Of a stretch of 64,000 nucleotides of DNA, positions 24,436-37,689 are shown piece after piece. Below the pieces are notes generated by a model. It saw nothing but the letters and a program-made list of their open reading frames with translations. It did not search any database and was not told the origin of the DNA. Source of the DNA: Lepidodermella squamata (taxonomy: Eukaryota > Animalia > Gastrotricha); assembly GCA_047495785.1 (NCBI GenBank), contig JBLDXI010000007.1:2914001-2978000 (forward strand), written 5' to 3'. Made by a program: the position numbers and the translations under genes. Each line of letters starts with the position of its first letter. Within the stretch, counting starts at the first letter, position 1.

Positions 24436-26004
24436 CTTTCCGCGACTTTCTTTGCGTAATTTGTCAATTTATGTTAATTACTATCATCGCTATCCACCTT
24501 AGTTTTTCTCGTGTGCATTTTGCAAGTGAATTCCTCCGATTTTCTCATACCTGCTTTACCGCCGCGTTTAAAATCTGTAAGCTGTAAGGGGTCGTGTTAG
24601 TGATATGGCATCCCATTTTAGAATTAAGGCAGAAAATGTCTTGGGTCGCAAAACTCCTTTTAAATTTCTTGATTTTGACTTGATGCCATTCGCTTTTCAA
24701 TGACCCCAAAATTTGCGTCTTGCTTATTTTAATGCCCGCGAAATGGGCGTGCACGCATTCCGCGACCCCTACATTTTTTTAACCGCTGTTTTTCAGACTA
24801 GTTAGACAAGGGTTCTCGCGTGAAAAATAAAAATAAAAAAGTTTCATGCACACGCTAAATTCCCCGCAATGGTTACGAGCGCGCCGATGCAAATGTTTTT
24901 ATTTTTATTTTTCGCGTAATAAATCCATGCTATAGGTACATTTGATAGAAATTGCTTGCATTTTACTTTGGTGTAGAAAGCGCCTTTTAATATTCGGAAT
25001 TTTATTTCGAAATTTGGCATCAACACGCGCGGCCGAAATGTTGATTTAGTGTTTTGTGCGAAATTCCGCTTTTTTTATTTCGAGATATTTCGAGATATTA
25101 TTGCAAAAATCTCGTCTTTCTAAATGACCGCTGCAAAGTGAAAATTAGCGCTTTTTTCATTGTTTAGCTAGGCGAAAAGCGAGTCTCGGGGTCAAACAAG
25201 GCCATTCTGGTTTTTGGTTTGCAAGGATAACCTTGAGCAGTTTGACTCGTAGATTCCGAATTTCGCATCCCCATAGGCCCTACGAATCCACCTCAAATTT
25301 GAATTTGTCTTTTTTGATTATTAATTTTTTATTTTTTCCCTAATTTTTGTAAGCTTCGTATTGAAAGCTCAAACGAGGTTGTGGCATTTCGCCGGCGTGC
25401 AATAAAAGCCAAAGCCGCCCTCATTTGCCAACGCGCGCGCTCAAAAGCAGCAACAGCCATAGCAGACGCGGTCCTCGAAATCGCTACTCACATTAGTGTG
25501 TAATTGCTTTCTCTAACGTGTGCAATTTTTCAAGCGACCTTGCTACAAGAACACACCAGGGAATCGAGAATCGGGAAGCCATAGGTCCTGAACCTTAAGG
25601 TACCAGTTTTGGTGGTAATTATACGCTCGAATTTAAATTTAAATACGAATACCGACAAATTTGGTGCTTCGCCATTTTTCATTGATATTTCAATTGAACG
25701 CTGGCTGGTGAAAAGCGAACGGTGTAAAATTTTTAGAAATGTGGCCAAGCTCCACGCTGCTTTAAAAACTTGGGAAAATTAATTTAGTTTCGCGCGAAAA
25801 AAGTTCAAATTTTTCTCAAAATGTGACAAAACTGCCTCCAAACTTCTATGCACGATATCTCCATTATTCTGAGGTATTTTGCGATACGGTTTTCACTAAT
25901 AGACTCGGGCTGTCATGGCGTACAACCCTATGATCTCATTTGGAAATGTCAAAAATTTCGCTTTTTTTTTTTTAGAAATTTTTGTTTGCTAACAATTTGA
26001 AGTA

Positions 26005-29000
26005 ATGGAATTGAACGATTTTGGCATCTGCTGCCTTGAAGGCCGGTTCTCCAGCCATTGCCCGATCAACAGTGCCCAGTACAAGTCAGCCCTGACGGAA
26101 TGCGCCTTGATGCTGCTCGAGATGGCTAAACAGGTCTGCGAACCAGACGCCATCCAGCTGTTGTCTACCCACCCGACCGAGAAATTTTGCGCCGCCGTGC
26201 TGCCGCTCCGGTTTAATTCGCAATTCTACCTGCGAAATAACCGGGAGATCGGCTATCAAGCGATGAGATCGGCGAATTCCATTATCCTTCGCCTGATCTC
26301 ATCGCTTGATAGTCGCGAATTGGGATATTTCGAGCAAATCGCCGATGACTTGGGTGCTTTGATTTCCCCGCTCGATCTAATCAAGCTGCACCTGGCTGTC
26401 GACCTTCGCGAGCTGGGCATTTTCGAACGTCTTATGGACGTATTATTCATCCCATCGTGTGTCATATCCATCCTTGTCGAGACGTTTTTCGTCTGTTCGA
26501 GCCGCGATACAGCGATGACGCCGGCTGCGACTCGCATCTTGGAGCGATTGGCGGCTCAGTGGTCGGTTGGCCAGAAGTGGATGGAGTCGTTTTGGGATCT
26601 GTATAGTATTGCTTATTGGTGTAAGTTTCCATCCTACATTTTTTATTAGAATTTTAAATTATATTTTCTGAGATTTATTTTTTGTGAAATTTGTGAGATT
26701 TTCAATCTGGCTAATATTCGAAGCCTTTTAAATTTTTTAAATTTATAAAAATCGCCGATAGGCGAATAAAAAAATATACCAATCTTCAAAATGAGATGTG
26801 AATTCGTATCTAATGGCGAAAAAAATCGTAGAAAATGTCTTTGACATCGTTATAATATTAATATATCATTTCCATAGAGATCTCTATGATCATTTCTCTT
26901 TGGGATTAAAATAAGGGTCCTCCATTTAGCTGAACCAAATTTGAATTTTTGGAACTTCAGTCGAATTATGCCAAGGGCCACTCTTTTAATGATTTTTCGT
27001 CTATGATTATGAATCGTCTAGCAGGTAATGTTGATTTTTTTTAGAATTATTGAGGTCAATCTTGATACCCAAGTCAATCCGAAAAGTTATTTCAGGCCAC
27101 TAGAAAAAAGATATTCCAGATAATTTATTTTCCAAACGGTCGAAATGCCAATAATAAGCGGAATGAGTTACCATATCGGGGGTCCCGGGTTTCCTTCGGT
27201 AACTTATTAATTTCTTCTTTGAAATTGAGTCTACATGAGGTTCACGCTAAGGGTTCAAATTCGGAAAAGTAGTGGAAAAACCGGGCATCACGATTTTCCA
27301 TATTCTAGGTAAATCCTGGTCTTTAATCACTCAAGTTGAATAATTTTAATATTTGTACATATTAGTAAACAAAAATATTATTTAAAATTGAATGAGAGAG
27401 AAGGAATTTTCTGGTTTTTAGTTTTGTCCCCGGGCAATTTTCAATTTTTTTAATTTAAAATTGAGCGGCGGATAGAACTGAAAAAATCAGAAAATTCACC
27501 TAACCCAACTTTTCACTCGTTGAGGGTCATAGGAATTTGGGTGTGACTTTTTTCATCAGACATAGGTCTTCTTTTATCAGACAAATGTCTTATTTCATCC
27601 GACATCCTAAAACGTGACTTCAATTATTCGACAACAGTTCTCACTCGGAACCAAGTTTCACTGAATTTTTAGGAAATTAGGGAACTTCAAGAAAGACTTG
27701 GTGACCACGGATATCTAGCGATTCCGAAGTCGATATTGATTTGGTCAAAGGGTTATTTGGTTTAGGAATATTTTTGAGATGAAAAAGTCCTTTCGAAGCC
27801 AGGATTTCGAACAGTTTTGAACCCTTTTTTACGTCAAAGGACATCATTTTGAAGTGCCGATTCCGTCAACTCATGGGTTCCTCTAGATATTTCTGGTTTT
27901 GAAATCGATTGGAGCCACGGATCGCATATAAAGAACTGAGTTTTTAGGTTCCTGAGCTTGGCTATTGGGCAGAGATGCTCGGCAAAGTTTGAATTTAGGC
28001 GAATTTCTTGTCGGTTATTTCAAGTCACTTTTAGGATGTCGGATGAAGTAGGACATATGTCTGATGAAAAAAGTTTTTCTCAAGAATTTTTATTGGGTCG
28101 ATATATTTGCACCACTAAAAATGAGGTTCCAACACTAAATTTAAGCGCCCTGGCACTAAATTCTTCGATTCCTTGCAATTCCGGCGTTTTCGTTTATTGA
28201 TCGATATTGGTGCCCTCCCTGAACCTGGGATTTTTATTTTAACTACCTGGCGCCCTAAGCTACGTTGACTAATTATCGATGTTGGGTTCAAAGCCGGCTG
28301 ATATCGTGAAAATCACTGATTTGTTAAATCGATACTAGGAATCGATATCGGCTCTACAGGCTGAAATATAACTCATAAATTGACCGCTCTTAGCGCGAAA
28401 TACGCGAAATATGAGGGTCTATCGGTTAGGCATCATAACAAAAATTTGTAGATTCCAATGAGGACCAGAAACTTGAAAAACCATATTTATGGGGAAAATA
28501 GTGCTGGAGTCTCAAACCAAACCCTAAATTTAGGACGCGCACTTGGCACCCCCATTTTTATTATTTCAATCTTTCAAGTGTTACTAAATCGATTTTTTAT
28601 TGATTTTTTTGCAGCTGAGTTTGGCAGATTGATTGAGAATTTCGACGGAAAGGCATTTACAGCCGACGAAAAAGCTGTTGATGTTCCAAATCGCAGTAGA
28701 ATCGTCGACATCCTCATCCACAAGCTGTGCTGTTTTTCTCCAGCTAAAATATTCCCGTTCAGGGAAATGCTGTGTAGTCTGGTCAAAGTCGCTGACCGTG
28801 TTCCAGATTTCGGAATGAAGCTGTGCAGCCTATACTTAGCGGCCTCGAAGCAGCAAGGCCTCACATGGCTCGATGTTATGGAGAATTTATTTCTGCGATC
28901 AAGTACATATCAGTTGTCATTGAGCGAGTCGGTCCCCAAACTACTGTTTGCCTTGCTTAATTTAACCCGGGCTGGTGTGACCTTCAAACGTTATTTCCAA

Positions 29001-29390
29001 TGGCGCCCAGATTTTTGCGATCGCATCTTCGAGCTCATGATTGACGGCCGATTTCCCGGCGAGAAGGAAGCGCGCCTTTTATTCACGTTTTGCCTGCTCT
29101 ATTTCCGCGATTTACGCGGCTTTGACGTGCCACGGTTAGCCGCGACCTTGGACCGAGTTTGGGCGAACAATCGTAGGCCGGATGCGACAACTCGAGAGCC
29201 GGTGAAGCAGCAGATCAAATCTGTAATCTCGACGACTTACCCGTTTTCGCTCATGGGCTTTGCGAGGAAGGCGATTCTGTCTCGGCTGCCAGTTGGCTGG
29301 GAGAAGCGACCGGCAGCTATTCGCCGTCTGCCGCTCCCGGAAAGAGAGAAAAGATTCCTAAACTTCGACGACATCGCCGCGCTCGTCTAG
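26005..29390 (+). CDS. SOCS-box protein, subfamily C (C1); exons 26005..26620 and 28615..29390 (463 aa)
   Basis: Phase-1 donor T|GTAAGT and acceptor TTTTTTTGCAG join in frame, and the exon 2 start aligns without gaps to C2. It ends YPFSLMGFARKAILSRLP...IRRLPLPEREKRFLNF. Confidence 0.8.
27546..28074. mobile_element. Foldback/MITE in the C1 intron
   Basis: Imperfect inverted arms of about 80 bp (TTCATCCGACATCCTAAAA / TTTTAGGATGTCGGATGAA). TSD not resolved. Confidence 0.6.
28290..28550. repeat. Dispersed repeat (other copies at about 35150-35380 and 50620-50730)
   Basis: Shared core ATCGATATCGxCTCTxxAGG...GACCG...TCTATCGGTT. Confidence 0.6.
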
Positions 29391-30396
29391 TCCTCGAAGT
29401 CGAATTTCTGAATTCTAACTCTGTGTGCTTGTTAATGGCTTTCAAATACCTGAAAATTTTCTTCCGAAATCATGTTACATGTTCTCATATTACTGTTGCG
29501 TTGTGATTTCCATTCCAGCTTTAATGATTTTTTTTTACCTGTTCCTCATTGAATTCGGCTGAATTTGTTATTAACACTTGATACGGCTTTTGTTAACCTA
29601 CAGATTTTGCGTTTTTTTCCTAATTTTGAAAAAATAAAATTCGCACACGCTTTCTTCGTCGAATTTTCGAAATCATTCTTTCGCAATTCCTAATTCAATG
29701 TTTTTATCGATCGTTGGGAATTAATTTTTCGAAAATTCAGTAACCCACAAGAAAAAATACTGATTTTTTTGTTTTTTCGAAAATTGATGCGATAATTTTT
29801 CTGACTCACCACAGCCTGGCTGATGGTATTGTGACTTGGCCGCTGAGCCGCTGACCGCTGAGAATTATTTAATCCGAATTTAATTTTAAAATCAACAATC
29901 TAATGTTCGGCGAAATTCGATATTTCCACTAATAAGGAGGCTATAATAGCGCCCTAGGCCGTGCATTAGTTTTTCGAGTAATTACCGAGGGTCTTGCGTT
30001 TATTTGATCTTAATTACCGATGCCGCCGCCAGACAGCTGCGCAACATTTTCGAAATGGGGTCACTCAAGTGCGCGCGCTAATTAACGCTGACCTCAGGTT
30101 TGCGCGGAATACTAATAAAAGACAACAAAAATCGGTAATAAAAGAAGAGCACGCGTTTTCTTTAACCGACTTATCGTCTTTATTGAAGGGTCCTCGCATT
30201 TTTGTGAGGTTTTTCGCCTATAAACCGGTAAGTGAATGATATATCACATCAGTGGTCATTTTTCAATAATTTCGTTGATTTTAAATAATTTTCAAAATAT
30301 TTAAGAGCGTGTGCCTCAAGCTAAGTCTTATTCATTCACTCTATTTTTGCTCCGTAATTTTTTTTTGAATTTTTTATTTTAGTCTTATTATCTAAA

Positions 30397-31650
30397 ATGG
30401 CCGGAATTTCAGATCATTTGATATCTAGTGCAATCGAAAATTCGCTAAGGGCCGGCAGTCCAACCCAAGAACTCGAGGCTATTCTCCAAAGATTTGCAGC
30501 ACGTGGCGATGCTGATAAAATCATCAAAATTCTACAGTCAGTCCACCAAATTCTCGACCTGGAAACCGGCATCTCAATTCTACGCGATTTCAACTTTGAA
30601 GACGAAAACTTACCTGTGATGGAGAAAATCCTGCGCAATAAATGGCTGCCATTGCATTACCCGCGAGATTACGCTGAAACCGATTTTGGGGCGATGAGTC
30701 ACATCCCGCCCATGTTTCACCTGCTGAAATTTTTACCGTTTTTCGACGAAGACGACGTGCCAGCTAAAATCAAGGCGGTTGAGCTGATGATCGAAAACGG
30801 CTTTGACATGCTATCCCGAGCTTACCCAACCTTCGAATCGGCGGAATTTGGCGAAATACAAAAATTAACCACGTATTGGGCGGATGAAAAAGCCAAGAAA
30901 AGGCTGCCCCGACTTTACGCCATCCATTTCCTGCCGAATTGCGCTGAATTTAGCTATGATCTTGGCAATTTACTGGTTTCAGCCACCCCGCCGGAAGGGC
31001 TGGTAACCAGCCGTGGAAATCGGGTGTTTTTCACCCCGCTCTGGTCGGCTTTTCGAGAATTTTCGTCGTACTGGAAAAAAAGATTCTGCGTTCAATTTCC
31101 TGAAGCTCGAATTCGACTCGGCGAGAATGTTGCCTATGCAAAAATGGTGCAATGTGTCATTTTACCGTTGCTACGAGCTGGTTGCACCCTGAACCCGGAC
31201 CCGTTATTCGATAATTCCGACAAGAAATTCAGCGTTGATTTTGCGAAATTTCTGCCGGTCGCTGAAAAAATTTGCGCTCGAGTTTGGGGCCGCGAGTCGA
31301 TTTTTCTCGAGTTGCTCGTCGAGGCGAGGCGTAAACCCGGCTGTAATGTCCCAAAACTGTACGGAATTTCCAGAAACACGGGTAAAAATCAGGAAAAATC
31401 CATGCGGGCGAAATGCCATGGCTTTGCGGTTGAACTGAGCGATTTCTACCCGCTTCGGCTTCAAAATCTCGCCAGAATGGCTGTTTTGAAAAAGCTGCCA
31501 ATCGGGTTGAAACAGCGACAAGAATCGATCGAAAACCTGGGTCTACCAAAAAATGTGGCGAGCTTTTTAAATTTTGACGAATTCAACGTTCCGGACCAAA
31601 GTTTGCTGAAAATGAGCCGTGAAGATGTGAATGATGTCAAATTTCGCTGA
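30397..31650 (+). CDS. SOCS-box protein A4 (divergent subfamily A member)
   Basis: Colinear with A1-A3 and ends YPLRLQNLARMAVLKKLP...LGLPKNVASFLNF. Probable 5'UTR intron at 30228(GTAAGT)..30382(TTTTAG). Confidence 0.85.
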   Translation: MAGISDHLISSAIENSLRAGSPTQELEAILQRFAARGDADKIIKILQSVHQILDLETGISILRDFNFEDENLPVMEKILRNKWLPLHYPRDYAETDFGAMSHIPPMFHLLKFLPFFDEDDVPAKIKAVELMIENGFDMLSRAYPTFESAEFGEIQKLTTYWADEKAKKRLPRLYAIHFLPNCAEFSYDLGNLLVSATPPEGLVTSRGNRVFFTPLWSAFREFSSYWKKRFCVQFPEARIRLGENVAYAKMVQCVILPLLRAGCTLNPDPLFDNSDKKFSVDFAKFLPVAEKICARVWGRESIFLELLVEARRKPGCNVPKLYGISRNTGKNQEKSMRAKCHGFAVELSDFYPLRLQNLARMAVLKKLPIGLKQRQESIENLGLPKNVASFLNFDEFNVPDQSLLKMSREDVNDVKFR

Positions 31651-31838
31651 AAAAAAACAATTTCAAAAATTATCTGATTTTTTCTACAAATTGCTCAACA
31701 AATTATGCTTGTTTGATTTTTCAATTTTTTTTTCTTAAAGTTTGTCCATATATTGAATGCCATTTTATATTTCAGCCATCATAAATAAATAAAATACAAC
31801 AATAAAATTCGTTTATTTTTAGTATTTTTGAAATTGAG

Positions 31839-33308
31839 ATGGAAAATCACGATGCTTCAATTTGCCGGTCGGTGAAAAATTCCGGAAAATGTGCGATCGA
31901 TACGGCTGAATTTCGGGCCTTGATGACCGAGCAATTTAGCTGGCTCGCTGATTCTCGCCACATCGGCCTCGAAAATCTGAAGCTATCCGATGAACCCGCC
32001 GGTTCTGATTTTATCGAATTGGTCCCTGCAAATTTATTCGGACCTCTTTTTCTTGTCACAGCAAGACCTCTTGAAGTGTTGGATTCTTCAAAGGCCGCCG
32101 ATGCGGTGATCGATTTTATTAAAAACCGAAATTCGCTTCAATATTCGTCTTCGTCAAAACGAAAGTACGACTCGGAAGAATTTGTATTCGAGCCTTTTGA
32201 TGCTGCTTTACTTTATATCGCACTGTCGGCTGGTAAAATCGAATTATTTAAGCAAGTTTATTCCGCGAAGTTATCGGTTATCCCGCCTTGTTTTGCCTCG
32301 CAACTGCTGATAATGGTTTTGCAACCATCCCGAGGCTGTTTTAACGAGATTGTCAACGCCTTCAATCGAAATCACAGGTGCTCAACGGCCCTATTTCTCG
32401 CTGAAAACGGGGCGGAGCTTAATGATGCAGATGTCGAGTGTAATTTAACGAAAGAATTATTAAGGCGGAATTTTTAAATGATTTTTTCAGGCGCACTTTT
32501 TGCAATAACCTGGAATTACAAGTCTTTTGACCCGCAAAATGCGCCGGCAAAAATTGCCACGAAAAATCGGCTTCTAACGGCAATATTGGCGAATTTATCG
32601 CCAATCTCACTTGCGAATTTCGTCGAGCCTGGGAAGCTCAGCATTGTCGACGATCTATGCACTTTGTTACCTGCGATTTGTCAAAATCCGGCGATTATGG
32701 AAAAAGTTTGCGATTCAGTCGAAAAATTGAAAATTCCGCCGATTTTCGACTGGTTTCACGTGTTCAACTGTTACAGCATCGTGAATTCGCGTGACAAAAC
32801 CGCGGCTCGAGAATGTGTTAGCCTAACCTTGAAATTTATAATTCTGCCATTTTTACGCTCTGGTTTCATGGCTCACGAAAGTCTTGATTTCGTTTGCGGC
32901 AATTTTTTTATTAATTTTACCGAAATTTGGGAACTGCTCGGAACCGGGTCTGATCTAAAGCGAAACTTTTTCCTAGCCGCACTTGAGTCCAGTCAACATA
33001 GAAATCTCGATTTCAACGTCTGGTTGCAAATGATGGAAATTTGGATGCGGAGTGAATTAAGAAGCGAGGCTAAAATCGCCAAGTCAAAGCAAGAAATTGA
33101 ACATTTAAAGCGGCGATTTTCGATTTCGCTTCAAAACTCAGCTCGTTCGGCGATTTTGAAGCAGCTACCGTTCGGTTTCCACAAGCGGAAAATTGCGATT
33201 GAAGACCTGCAAATCCCGAAATGCCTCGCTAAATATCTTCAATTCGAAGACCTCAACGTGGCAGTGGATCTGTCAGAAATTAGCGGATATTGGTTTAGTG
33301 ATAATTGA
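31839..33308 (+). CDS. SOCS-box protein, subfamily B (B1); exons 31839..32439 and 32491..33308 (472 aa)
   Basis: 51-nt phase-1 intron GTAATT..TTTTTTCAG. SOCS box SLQNSARSAILKQLP...IEDLQIPKCLAKYLQF. Confidence 0.85.
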
Positions 33309-33614
33309 AATTAAAATAAATATCGATCGCAGCTTTACGTTGAACGGAGATCAAGAAGCAAATCCCGGAAATTTTGAAAAAATCGGCAAAAAATATGTCT
33401 TTATTGAAAAACGTGATTGAAAAGCTACATTTACCTTAAAATATTTGACAATATTTTTTATTTTGCTGATGAAAAATATGTATTGACCCTTACTAAATTT
33501 TGAAAAAAATCAGGAATAAATTGGTACTTTTTGATATCTCGAAATTTTTATTAATCCATTTTTTATATTCCATTTAATTGCCTTGAAAATTGTTATTAGA
33601 TTTTTTTAATCAAA

Positions 33615-36600
33615 ATGAAAAATCATGATTCTTCTATTTGCCGTTCCGTAAAAATCTCTGGAAAATGTGCGATTGATACGCCCGAGTTTCGGACTTTGAT
33701 GGCCGAACAATTCAGCTGGCTAGCTAATTCTGGGCACGCCGGCCTCGAAGACATGAAACTGGTCTCGGCGGCTGATCATTCCGATTTTATCGAGCTTGTC
33801 CCAGAAAATCTATTCGAGGGCTATTTTCTGGTCTCAACTCAACCGCAAGGCACAAGGGATCTATCAATAGCTGCCAAGGGTATTATTCAAGCTATTACGA
33901 ATCGAAATGCTTCATCGCTAAAACGGAAGCATGGCGATGATGAGGATGGCCAAGTCAAATTTGAGCCCCTTGACGCTGCTTTGCTCTATGTCGCCCTTTG
34001 TTCCGATGAATTGGCGGCTTTTCGACGAGTTTACAAGGCTAAGCTATCAGTGATTCCGCCGTGCTTCGCCTCTGAGTTGTTGATCACGATATTGATACCG
34101 AGCCGAGGCTGTTTCAACCCGACGTTGAACTCTCTCATTAGTAATCACAGGTGCTCAACGGCGCTTTTTCTCGCTGAAAACGGGGCTGAGTTTAATGATA
34201 AAGATGTCGAAAGTAAGTTCCAATTTTTTCACAATTATCTTCATCAAAATAAAATTTTGTTTTCAATTTTTTTCAATTCGGCGCTAATTTCAAGGCGAAT
34301 ATTTTGGAACTCACTAGGCCGCTGCGCAATTGCGCTAATGTGCGTACAAAGTTACCCGCCAGCACCCAAATATGAGCAAACACGTTGCAATATTGCCGAA
34401 AATCGGGTAGGAAAATTGGGGAATTATCCAAATTCGGTAAAAAAATGAGAATTACCGTAATTTGGTGTGACTTTGGTTAGTGGTGTGACATTAGCATAGG
34501 TTTTTGCGAATCATCAAAATCTTCGCAAATTGACGAGCTAACCCCCTCAATAGGGGTGTCGCCGGATAGCCAGTAACCAGTAGAAACAGGTAGTGCAGTC
34601 AAAGTAACTATCAGGTACAAGCGTGGACAGGTAACGGTGGTCAATTTCACCCAAAACACATTTTAGATGCTGATGGGGTGACTTTGTACCACTCAAATAT
34701 CGATTCCGATAACGTAGAGACCCCATGAGTGGGCTACCGTTGGATAGCCTGTGAACAGAGTGGTTCGAAAATGACATTTTATTTCGATTTCGATCGTATG
34801 GATTCCTTTGGTTAGTCACCCAAATTCTACCGGAAATCGAACTTTTAAAGAAACTTTACCTGTACATTTACATTTTATACTCGGTAATAAGTCGGATTGG
34901 TGTACATAAGACACATCTAGGCCTGGCTTCCCTTGGACTATCCAGCGGTATTCCACTCATGGGTTCTTTACCTTGCCGGTTTCGATATTTGAGCGGCCAA
35001 AGTCACCCCCTTTTTGTCATGTCAGAGTCACCCCGCCGGCCAAAGTCAACCCAAATTACTGTATCTTGCCTCTCTTTTTCCTGATACTTTATAATTCTTT
35101 GAGCAAAACCTGATTTTTAACGTGCGAAAAATTGACGATGGTTGGTTTCACGACGGCTGATATCGGAAATATCAATGATTTGTAAAATCGATACTTGGAA
35201 TCGATATCGCCTCTGCAGGCTGAAGTGCTCCCGCAAACTGACCGTTCATAGCGCAAAAATGACGCAATATGAATATCTATCGGTTAGGCATGATAACAAA
35301 GAATTTGAGAGTCAGGTGCAGGCTAGATACTCGAAAAAACATATTTATGGGAAATTTGGTGCTGGAACCCATTTTAATTCCGCCTGTTCATTCCTATTAA
35401 TGGCAATCTTGTTCGATGAATCTCATCAGAAATGTAAAACCTGAATTTAGTGCGACCCTGTTATTTCTCATGTTATAAGGAGGATGGAGGCATCCTTGAT
35501 GTTTAACCCTTGTCGGAACTTTAGGGGCCTCGGAGGCCCCGGGGTTAACTTTCGCGTAATTTTCTCTGAAACGATAGCAGATTCTACCTTGTCGTTTTAG
35601 GAATGCCTCAATGACTTAGTTACTATCATTTTCATAACAAAAAATCGGGCACCGGACCTATTACGTAATAGTTGTGGGGCGTTAATTGAGGCAAGCCCTC
35701 AAAATCCAACAGGGGCCTCTCAGGCCCCATAGGAATTTATTTCTTCATTCGATTTGTTCAAACGCTAATATCATGTCATAATTGGTGGTTGTGTCCATAC
35801 TCATTAACTATCTATCATGATCAACTAATTCACACTTATATTCAAGGTTTATTGCCATCTAATTAGGGCGTTACGTAATATAGCTAATTTGCTAATTAGT
35901 TAATTACTAATTGATCAATTTATTAGTTTTGTCACTGAAATTACTAAAATCTTATTAAAACTATTAATTATGATGATTAAGGTGGATATTGGCGTTAATT
36001 CAAGGGGTTTATTCATGTCAAAAACTGAAAAATGCATACTGATAACCCCTTACAATAGAAAGTCCAGTCATTTATGTTTTTGGTTTACTGATTGATTGAT
36101 TTCTTATCGATTCCTAATTGGTAATGGAGTTGATCGAGAGTGTTATGCCCAGGCTGCTTGGCCGATAGATGGGACGGAGTGGGGATGAAATGGGCTTTTT
36201 AGGGGCGATAGGGTCCCCGGTTAAGTCAAGCAATGAAAAACGAGGATTATGCTCCTCTTAGAATGACAGGTCTCATTAATCGATCGATTTTTCTCGATAC
36301 GGTAGTCCAAATCGATACGACTTTCTTGCCATCCCCCGACTATTTTGATCTCCCGAAGTCATACCAACTATGCTGACGTAGTTTACTTCTACTATATGCT
36401 TGTTTTTATGAAAAAAAGAAGAGGGGCCTGTCAGGCCCCTATAGGTCTGCTGTGTAAGTTTAACCCAAGAGTCCGACAAGGGTTAAACCCTAAAAAAACT
36501 GTTTTATTTTATTTAAATAAAAAATTGAAAACTTTAATTATATTTTAATTGAAATGTTATTTTCTCGAGAATTCTCGTAACTTCCAAAAATCGGCCAAAC

Positions 36601-37502
36601 CTCACTTGTTGTTGTATTATCAACAAATATTATACTAGCGAAAATTGTTTGGTAAAATTTCTAATTATTCATTGATTTTTTCAGGTGCACTTTTTGCGAT
36701 GACGTGGAATTTTAAAACATTCAACTGGCAAAATCTGCCGGCGAAATTGTTGACCAAAAGTCGCTTGTTATCAGTAATACTACCGAAATTGTCTTCAAAG
36801 TCGCTGGCAAATTTCGATGAAAATGGAAAGCTAAGCATTGTCGATGATTTGAGCGCACTCTTACCTGCGATTTGCAACCACCCTGCGATTATGGAGAAAA
36901 TCTGCGAGGCGATTCAACACTCAGCGAGCCAACCGATTTTCAACTGGTTTCACGTATTCAACTGCTACGACATAGTTGAGGCACGCAATGAAACTGCGGC
37001 TAGACAACGTGTTAGTGTCACTTTGAAATTTATCATTCTGCCGTTTATACGATCTGGCTTCACGGCTGATGGGAGTCTTGATTTGTCTAACGAAGAATCT
37101 CTGGCTAATTTTATCGAAATTTGGGAACTACTTGAAACTGGGTCTGAATTGCAGCAGAAATTTCTGGCGTCTGCCCTTCAATGTCTAAGTAAAAGAGCCG
37201 TGAATTTTTCGGCCTGGTTACGCTTGGCTGAAGACCGGATGCGGAGTCGAGGAAGAGCCCAGGCTGAAATAGATCAAATGAAGAAGGAAATCGATATTTT
37301 AAGGCGGCGATATGTTGTTATCTCTCTTCAAAATTCAGCTCGTTTGGCAATTTTGGGACAACTACCACACGGCATGAGCAAGCGCAAATCGGCTGTTTAC
37401 GATCTTCCTATTCCGAAATGTCTCGCGAATTATCTTCAATTTGATGATCTCGATTTTACTGTTGATTTGTCGAAAATTAGTGCATATTGGTTTGATGTTT
37501 GA
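33615..37502 (+). CDS. SOCS-box protein B2; exons 33615..34212 and 36685..37502
   Basis: Same intron position as B1 (A|GTAAGT..TTTTTTCAG); in frame; SOCS box with LPIP. Confidence 0.85.
34455..35061. mobile_element. Tc1/pogo-type MITE in the B2 intron
   Basis: TA|CCGTAATTTGGTGTGACTTTGG ... CCAAAGTCAACCCAAATTACTG|TA; absent from the homologous B6 intron. Confidence 0.75.
35507..36482. mobile_element. piggyBac-like MITE in the B2 intron
   Basis: TTAA|CCCTTGTCGGA...TCCGACAAGGG|TTAA. Empty-site equivalents lie at about 46635 and 57290. Confidence 0.9.
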
Positions 37503-37689
37503 TGATATTTGGATTGAATATTGATTGCATGTCTTCATGTTTTCTTTTCATGTAATTAACAATTGAACAATTGAACAATTGAACAATTGAATTAACAATA
37601 CAGGTGCGTGAATCAATTGTCTAATTAGAATACAAAATAAAAATAATTGAAATTGAACGCGTTTAGTTTTAGTATTTTTTAAAATTGAG

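Noticed and set aside
28458-28614. N-terminal extensions of ORFs 28458, 36645, 48654 and 58779
   Set aside because: They are read-through into intron sequence upstream of conserved acceptors.
14530-31650. Assigning specific ASB gene symbols to subfamily A
   Set aside because: The ankyrin similarity is degenerate and the family looks lineage-specific, so orthology cannot be supported.
37558-37592. (AATTGAAC)4 and other short tandems (2749-2776, 48460-48515, 63940-63992)
   Set aside because: Simple slippage repeats with no evidence of function.
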